This document shows positions 57,839 to 64,000 of a stretch of DNA of 64,000 nt, piece after piece; positions within the stretch are counted from its first letter, which is position 1; each line of letters opens with the position of its first letter. The stretch spans positions 576,001 through 640,000 of the forward strand of contig BK006948.2 of NCBI GenBank assembly GCA_000146045.2. Reading direction: 5' to 3'. The translations under genes and the position numbers were made by a program. This DNA comes from TPA_inf: Saccharomyces (lineage: Eukaryota). The notes under the pieces are model-generated. The model made no database searches and had not been told where the DNA came from. It worked only from the letters and a program-made list of their open reading frames with translations.

Positions 57839-60757
57839 ATGGACAACTTACAGGTATCTGATATAGAAACTGCTTTACAATGCATATCGTCTACTGCATC
57901 TCAAGATGATAAAAACAAAGCGCTTCAATTTTTAGAACAATTCCAAAGATCAACTGTTGCCTGGTCTATTTGCAATGAAATATTGTCTAAAGAAGATCCT
58001 ACAAACGCTCTTCTAGAATTAAATATTTTTGCTGCGCAAACTTTAAGGAATAAAGTCACATATGATCTATCACAATTAGAAAATAATCTACCACAATTCA
58101 AGGATTCTTTGTTGACGCTTTTATTATCGCATAACCAAAAATTGATTATTACACAACTGAATGTCGCGTTAGCACGTTTGGCGATCCAATTTTTAGAATG
58201 GCAGAATCCAATTTTCGAGATCATTTCATTGTTGAATTCTTCACCATCTATATTATTAAACTTTTTAAGAATTTTACCTGAGGAAACCTTAGACATTGCA
58301 TCTACTTCCTTGACAGAAGTGGAATTCAATTCCAGAATTCATGAACTAATTGATCCGATAGCAGAAGATGTATTGAAATTCCTTGTATCATGCATAGACC
58401 TATTACAAAATACAGACGGGAATTCCAGCTCATCTATTTCATTAGAACAAATTTTACGGTGTTTGAACTCTTGGTCGTATGAATTCCCTGTTGAACAGTT
58501 GCTAACCGTACAACCCTTAATAAATCTCGTGTTTGAAACTATTTCCAATGGTAATGAAAGTGACATGGAGGCATTCGATTCCGCTATTGATTGTCTCTGC
58601 GTTATCCTCAGAGAAAGCAGAGATACTACTAATGAGCAGTTGATTTCTGCTTTATTTCATCAGTTAATGCTTTTACAAGAAAAACTATTGCCTACTCTGT
58701 TCACAGACCATCCTTTGAACGATGAATATGATGACGATCTCCTAGAAGGTATGACACGATTATTCGTAGAAGCTGGCGAGGCTTGGTCAGTTGTCATTTC
58801 TAAAAACCCCGATTTTTTTAAACCAATGGTTTTGGTATTATTGATGTTGACCTGCAAAAATGAAGACTTAGATGTCGTTTCCTATACTTTCCCCTTTTGG
58901 TTTAACTTCAAACAAAGTTTAGTTTTGCCAAGATATCAAGAATCAAGAAAAGCTTACTCTGATATTTTTGTTAAATTAATAAATGGTATAATTACTCATT
59001 TACAATATCCATCAGGCCAGTTTTCATCTAAAGAGGAAGAAGATAAATTTAAAGATTTCAGGTATCATATGGGCGATGTGTTAAAAGACTGTACTGCAGT
59101 GGTGGGAACTTCTGAGGCTTTATCGCAACCACTAATAAGAATTAAGTCCGCAATAGAAAACAACAATAGCTGGCAAATAATGGAAGCCCCATTATTTTCC
59201 CTGAGGACTATGGCTAAAGAAATTTCGTTGACTGAAAACACTATATTGCCAGAAATCATTAAAATCATTTGTAACCTTCCAGAGCAGGCCAAGATTAGGT
59301 ATGCATCAACATTAGTTCTTGGTAGATATACCGAATGGACAGCCAAGCATCCAGAACTACTAGAAGTTCAATTGCAATATATTTTTAACGGTTTTCAACT
59401 GCATGAGGGTTCATCGGATATGCAAAGTATAATCACTGCATCATCACATGCATTAATGTTCTTCTGTTCGGACTGCTCTAAACTATTAGTTGGGTATATT
59501 GATCAGTTGATTAATTTCTTCCTCAACGTGCAGAGTTCGATTGATATTGAGTCACAATTTGAACTATGTCAAGGATTAAGTGCAGTAATAAATAATCAGC
59601 CAGAGGCCAAAGTTTCAGTAATATTTCAAAAGCTCGTAGATGATAATTTGCGACAAATCGAGGCTTTGATTCCTCAATGGAAAGCAAATCCAACGCTCTT
59701 GGCTCCACAGATTGCTGATAAGATTGATTTGCTATATGCGCTTTTTGAAGAATTGAAACCGAGATACAATTATCCTCAGCAAGGATCGGAACCTTTACTC
59801 CCCAGGATAGAATTTATTTGGAAGGCATTAAGAACTCTGCTAGTTGATGCAGGTGCAATGACTGATAGTATTATCGTAGAAAGAGTAGCTAAATTGCTAC
59901 GCAGAATTTTTGAGAGATTTCATGTATTTTGCGAGCCAATATTACCTTCTGTTGCCGAATTTCTAATCCAAGGTTATTTAACGACTGGATTCGGTTCCTA
60001 TCTGTGGTGTTCTGGTTCCCTTATTGTTATATTTGGTGACGATGAATCATTCCCCATATCCCCGAGTCTGAAAGATGCTGTCTGGAAATTTGCCCTCTCC
60101 CAATGCGAGACGTTCATACTGAATTTCAACAAGTTTGATAAACTTCAATTAAACGATTATCATGAGGCAATAATCGATTTTTTCTCATTAATTTCAGACT
60201 TGATAATGTTTTATCCTGGCGCATTTTTGAATTCAACAGAGCTTCTAGGCCCCGTACTGAATGTTGCCCTCGAGTGTGTTAATAAGCTTGATAACTACGA
60301 TGCTTACATATGTATCTTGCGTTGCTTAGATGATATCATATCCTGGGGGTTCAAGACTCCACCGATCTCAACAGTGTCCATCGAGATTGTTCCAGATGAA
60401 TGGAGGAAGCAAGTTATTAACGAAGTCGTGATAGCCCACGGTAACCAATTGATATTAGTGTTATTCATCGGGCTGGTTACTACTTTTGAAAACACCGCTC
60501 ATTCAGATGCCATCAGTTGTATTGTAAAATGTTTAAGGATATTGACAGAGGCAAACAACAACGATGCCACTATTTGCATCGATTGGATTTACAAAGTGGT
60601 GGAACAACTTGGCCAAGTAACCCTTAATGAAAGAGATAATTTGGCGAAGGCCGTGGTTGAGGGGTTGAATTCAAAGGATTACAGAAAGGTGAGGGAAGGA
60701 ATTAGGGCGTTTGTTGGATGGTATTCAAGAAAGAATATCAATTCGAGGTTTGAATAG
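57839..60757 (+). CDS. MTR10: Importin-beta family nuclear import receptor (transportin-SR type), 972 aa
   Basis: HEAT/ARM-repeat-rich throughout, with an N-terminal importin-N-like region. The 972 aa length matches. Confidence 0.85.
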   Translation: MDNLQVSDIETALQCISSTASQDDKNKALQFLEQFQRSTVAWSICNEILSKEDPTNALLELNIFAAQTLRNKVTYDLSQLENNLPQFKDSLLTLLLSHNQKLIITQLNVALARLAIQFLEWQNPIFEIISLLNSSPSILLNFLRILPEETLDIASTSLTEVEFNSRIHELIDPIAEDVLKFLVSCIDLLQNTDGNSSSSISLEQILRCLNSWSYEFPVEQLLTVQPLINLVFETISNGNESDMEAFDSAIDCLCVILRESRDTTNEQLISALFHQLMLLQEKLLPTLFTDHPLNDEYDDDLLEGMTRLFVEAGEAWSVVISKNPDFFKPMVLVLLMLTCKNEDLDVVSYTFPFWFNFKQSLVLPRYQESRKAYSDIFVKLINGIITHLQYPSGQFSSKEEEDKFKDFRYHMGDVLKDCTAVVGTSEALSQPLIRIKSAIENNNSWQIMEAPLFSLRTMAKEISLTENTILPEIIKIICNLPEQAKIRYASTLVLGRYTEWTAKHPELLEVQLQYIFNGFQLHEGSSDMQSIITASSHALMFFCSDCSKLLVGYIDQLINFFLNVQSSIDIESQFELCQGLSAVINNQPEAKVSVIFQKLVDDNLRQIEALIPQWKANPTLLAPQIADKIDLLYALFEELKPRYNYPQQGSEPLLPRIEFIWKALRTLLVDAGAMTDSIIVERVAKLLRRIFERFHVFCEPILPSVAEFLIQGYLTTGFGSYLWCSGSLIVIFGDDESFPISPSLKDAVWKFALSQCETFILNFNKFDKLQLNDYHEAIIDFFSLISDLIMFYPGAFLNSTELLGPVLNVALECVNKLDNYDAYICILRCLDDIISWGFKTPPISTVSIEIVPDEWRKQVINEVVIAHGNQLILVLFIGLVTTFENTAHSDAISCIVKCLRILTEANNNDATICIDWIYKVVEQLGQVTLNERDNLAKAVVEGLNSKDYRKVREGIRAFVGWYSRKNINSRFE

Positions 60758-60938
60758 TCATTTAATAAATAGCATATTGTTAATCTGCACAGAATGTATA
60801 AAAACAAAATAAACAATTTAATAAAGATAGAACTTAAAGGTAATTGAAGTAGAAAAAATTAAGTATTAAAATATTGTAATTAAATATAGAATTGTTAAGA
60901 AGAACAAGGAGAAATAGTGACATATGATAAACATCTCT

Positions 60939-62558
60939 TCACACATTCTGGTGACTCAATTTTCTGAGTACATCAGGATATGCCCTAAAAATCTCATCAA
61001 ACCTATGAGGGTAAGAATGATGGAAGACCTCCGGGTCATTACCAAGAGCAACAAAGAAAGTTGCAGTACCGGATCTAATGGCTTCTGTTGCAATGTTGCA
61101 AATCTGTAAAGCAATAACAAATGAGAATGCCATTAGGGCGCCGTTGTAAGCGCCGTTCGAATTGTATTGAGGCGAGGTAAACCTTAGATACAAGAACGTG
61201 AACAAAGCGGTCATATAACTAGCAAACATTGAAAATAGACCCAGTGCAATGTTAATTAAATTATCATTGATTAGGGCGTCCATTCCCTTTTCTCTTAACA
61301 TATACCAGGTTTCTTTGGCCGCTCTTAAATACGGTTTACCATAAAGAGCGATGAACGAGTATGCATAATGATTGAAATACTCGGCGAGCCACTTCAGAAA
61401 GCCGATAATCCAGTCAAACACCATAAACAAAATCTGGATGGCAATTTGACCGCCACCGCTGGAGGTAACATCGTGTCTGATCATTTGCAATATTTGTCTC
61501 AACAGGTCGATCAAAGCGACTAGCAAGGACCCAAAGCAAATGGAACCGAACGAGTAAGTCATGGCTCTCTTCAATGCTCCAAATGCGGGCCACCTTGGCA
61601 TTCCTTGGTCAGACTTTGACATATAATACCAGCTGCCAAAGACGCCAGAAATAACACAATGTATGACGTTTCTTATTACTTCAGAGATATAATAGCCGCA
61701 GAAAAAAACCACAACCAAAACACCAATCAATTTGGAATGCGAACAGCTGCCACCAGAAACGTCACAGCCGCCATTCGAGCTATTAGGATCGTACTTTATG
61801 TACGTAGCCACAATGACTGCTGAGAAGAGAAACCCAAACGCACTAGCAACTAGCGCTCCAACAAATGAAACAAAGAAGATCTGTGGGCATTTCTTCATGG
61901 CATCGACGACGACTTTCAATACCGCCACAGAAAGGGGAATTCTAGACCTCATACCCCAGTAGCACCACGCGGTCATGAACGTGAAGACTAAAAACACAAT
62001 ACCTGCAGACCAGTACCTCAAAGACATGTACATGATGGCAGTCCCAAGAGAAGCCACTAGGTTGATGACCATACCGCAATATATAAACTGCTTCGGAAAA
62101 ATTCGACAAAGTGTGAGGCCCAAAACGGAGAATACTAGGGCAATAATGCACACGAAAACTAGCAGGATGGCAGCATTGGTGTTCAGCGTACCAGTATTCA
62201 CACCATCGTATATTCCGGAACCCGTACTGCTATAGGTTTGGGACCACGCTCTTAAGGTTATGGCAGCAATGGCGATGAATCCGCCTACCGTGCATAGGAA
62301 AAAAATGGTAAATGGCCAATCGTTCCACCTGGGCTTGTTGTCATTTTCAGTAGGAAAGGCCTCGTCGAAGCTCCCTATAGGAGCCCCACTCGTTTTGGAA
62401 TTTAGATTGTAATATTGATCCTGTCTAAAATGGTACGGCGTCTGGCCATCGTTGACATTCGCCGCGGCAGAGTTCTCGGAAGAACTGGGCGGCCTATGGT
62501 TGGGATCATATGCTGGAGGAGGTTGCGGAGGCCTCTCGTATTTTTCATTCAATGGCAT
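60939..62558 (-). CDS. PNS1: Choline-transporter-like (CTL/SLC44) family plasma-membrane protein, 539 aa
   Basis: Proline-rich N-terminus PPQPPPAYDPNHRPP, ~10 TM segments and conserved CTL motifs. The 539 aa length matches. Confidence 0.85.
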   Translation of the reverse strand: MPLNEKYERPPQPPPAYDPNHRPPSSSENSAAANVNDGQTPYHFRQDQYYNLNSKTSGAPIGSFDEAFPTENDNKPRWNDWPFTIFFLCTVGGFIAIAAITLRAWSQTYSSTGSGIYDGVNTGTLNTNAAILLVFVCIIALVFSVLGLTLCRIFPKQFIYCGMVINLVASLGTAIMYMSLRYWSAGIVFLVFTFMTAWCYWGMRSRIPLSVAVLKVVVDAMKKCPQIFFVSFVGALVASAFGFLFSAVIVATYIKYDPNSSNGGCDVSGGSCSHSKLIGVLVVVFFCGYYISEVIRNVIHCVISGVFGSWYYMSKSDQGMPRWPAFGALKRAMTYSFGSICFGSLLVALIDLLRQILQMIRHDVTSSGGGQIAIQILFMVFDWIIGFLKWLAEYFNHYAYSFIALYGKPYLRAAKETWYMLREKGMDALINDNLINIALGLFSMFASYMTALFTFLYLRFTSPQYNSNGAYNGALMAFSFVIALQICNIATEAIRSGTATFFVALGNDPEVFHHSYPHRFDEIFRAYPDVLRKLSHQNV

Positions 62559-63559
62559 GACGTATTAATGTACCGATAATTATGGTCACTATTGATGGCC
62601 CTAATCGGAAATATGCACCTTCAAGTTTTTTATAATGCGCAATTAAAAAAAGTAAGAAAGGAATATAGAAGCATTCAATTGCTATGATTACCAATAAGTA
62701 GCGATTACGACTGAACTACATTCAACGAATATCCGCATATCAATATATATATAAGGGCAAGCTACGTATAAGGATATATATGTGATGATAATGTTATATA
62801 TAGCTGGCAATTACGCCATTACGCAAACAGAAAACCCCTTAAACCCCTCAAGGATCTACCGAAGGAAGAATCCTGTTAGAAGGGAACATACCAACCACAA
62901 AAAAAAAGAAAAAAAAGCATTCTGCAGTAATTAGCCGTAGTGGACTTTGTTTTTCTTTCTGCAAATGGCCGTGCGGTGTCGGGCGGGGTCTCTCACTCAG
63001 TACCATTACGTGTGATAACTCCGCTGGCGAGGTGCGCCGCTCCCTGCAGGCTCTCCGAGAGGAAATCTCTTCGCGTATGCTTATCCTTCATCAAGACGTC
63101 TTGGTAAGGACAACATTGCTCTACAGGATGTCGCCGCGTATGTCGCTCGAAGGGTAGTGAATGGCTGCATGTAGTACATAATTTGCGAAAAACAGTGGGC
63201 TTGCCAAAATCTGCCTCAGGTGACAAGCCATTTTTCCAGTGGGATGATCTACTCGTGTGTAAGACATGTCGAAACGCACGCTGTTGCATGAAAAGTAGTC
63301 GTACGGTTGTATGTGTGGTGTACGGGTGTAAAAGTAGTCAAGCGTATGGCGGTAAGCAGCGATTCAGCAATTCTATATCTGAATAAAGTGAACTTTTGTA
63401 CCATCTTTAGTAGCCAGTTGATTCATTTTTTTCTGTCAGGTGCGGCCCATCATCGAAGTGGGTTGATAATCTGGGTAATTATATAAACATTTTGATCATA
63501 AAAAAGAACTAAAAAAAGGCTTCAAAGTAGTCGCGCCGCGAGATTGCCTCGACTTAGCA

Positions 63560-64000
63560 TTAATTGTCTTTGTAATCATCGAAAAGAGTGGAAAATTCAG
63601 ATTGATTAATCAACTCTTCCCAGCCTGAGTTATAATTTGCCCAAAATTCATCTGTCAGCATCTGAATGATCTCTGATTGACTCTTTGCATGGTTCTTAGT
63701 TTCACCAGGCGAGGGTAACATTGGAATTATTGAGGGCGTGGGCGTTGGAACTGCAAGGCTGAGATCCCGCTGCCTATCACTCACAATTTTAGCTTCTGAT
63801 GATGGATTATCGCTCTGCGGATCTAGTTCTTGTTTGATTTGTGCTAGCCATGTTTCCTCGGTCAACTTTCTGAATTCAATAACGTTGCCAAGAATAGTCC
63901 TATAGGTCCTTTCAATAGCTAGCTCTATCACAAATTGTGATGATCTATGCATTGTGCGTATTAATTCTTTATTTCCGACCGTGAACAAGCGATCGAAGAT
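63560..64000 (-). CDS. YRR1: C-terminal 146 codons of an ORF continuing past the window end. By position this is the Zn2Cys6 drug-resistance regulator YRR1.
   Basis: The frame is open from 64000 down to the stop at 63560 (…SEFSTLFDDYKDN*). The identity rests on the gene order after PNS1, because the diagnostic N-terminal zinc cluster is outside the window. Confidence 0.55.
   Translation of the reverse strand: MFDRLFTVGNKELIRTMHRSSQFVIELAIERTYRTILGNVIEFRKLTEETWLAQIKQELDPQSDNPSSEAKIVSDRQRDLSLAVPTPTPSIIPMLPSPGETKNHAKSQSEIIQMLTDEFWANYNSGWEELINQSEFSTLFDDYKDN

Overview
The window reads as an ordinary Saccharomyces cerevisiae nuclear chromosome segment, and I find no foreign, prokaryotic-like or otherwise unexplained system in it. 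It is gene-dense, AT-rich in intergenic regions, intron-poor and uses yeast codons. I recognise 28 protein-coding genes from their translated sequences and their order: EFT1 (5' truncated), BAG7, IDH2, SIA1, RUP1, SFL1, ARP8, LSC1, a full-length Ty1, THI80, ELG1, PNO1, MDM32, SPP2, SMP3, MRPL23, RPB2, YOR152C/ATG40, PDR5, SLP1, ISN1, NFI1/SIZ2, PUP1, PET123, SME1, MTR10, PNS1 and YRR1 (partial). This is the gene order of the chromosome XV right arm, about 576-640 kb in the reference, quoted from memory and not checked against a database. Gene lengths and spacing show no net insertion or deletion against that remembered reference. Apart from Ty1, every ORF of 300 nt or more that is not antisense to or nested in a larger gene is accounted for by a recognised gene.

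The one mobile-element locus lies 18.35-24.74 kb. A tRNA-Gly(CCC) gene on the minus strand has, upstream of it, a diverged solo delta LTR. A complete 5.9 kb Ty1 has inserted into that delta. Its two 332-bp LTRs appear identical, it is flanked by a 5-bp CTATT duplication, and TYA and TYB are intact with the CTTAGGC +1 frameshift site. This is the classic Pol III-targeted Ty1 arrangement.

Regulatory motifs I can support:
- four PDRE-type boxes upstream of PDR5;
- a PAC plus RRPE pair upstream of PNO1;
- a PACE-like box upstream of PUP1;
- Reb1-like boxes.

The only features without an obvious explanation are small:
- two GC-rich, ORF-poor intergenic islands, EFT1-BAG7 and PNS1-YRR1;
- a CGG-containing palindrome cluster in the RUP1/SFL1 divergent promoter;
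- a CTCGG triple repeat with a G7 run upstream of IDH2;
- in-frame trinucleotide repeats, (CAT)8 giving His8 in BAG7 and (AAT)10 giving Asn10 in NFI1.

There are no CRISPR arrays and no recognisable rRNA.
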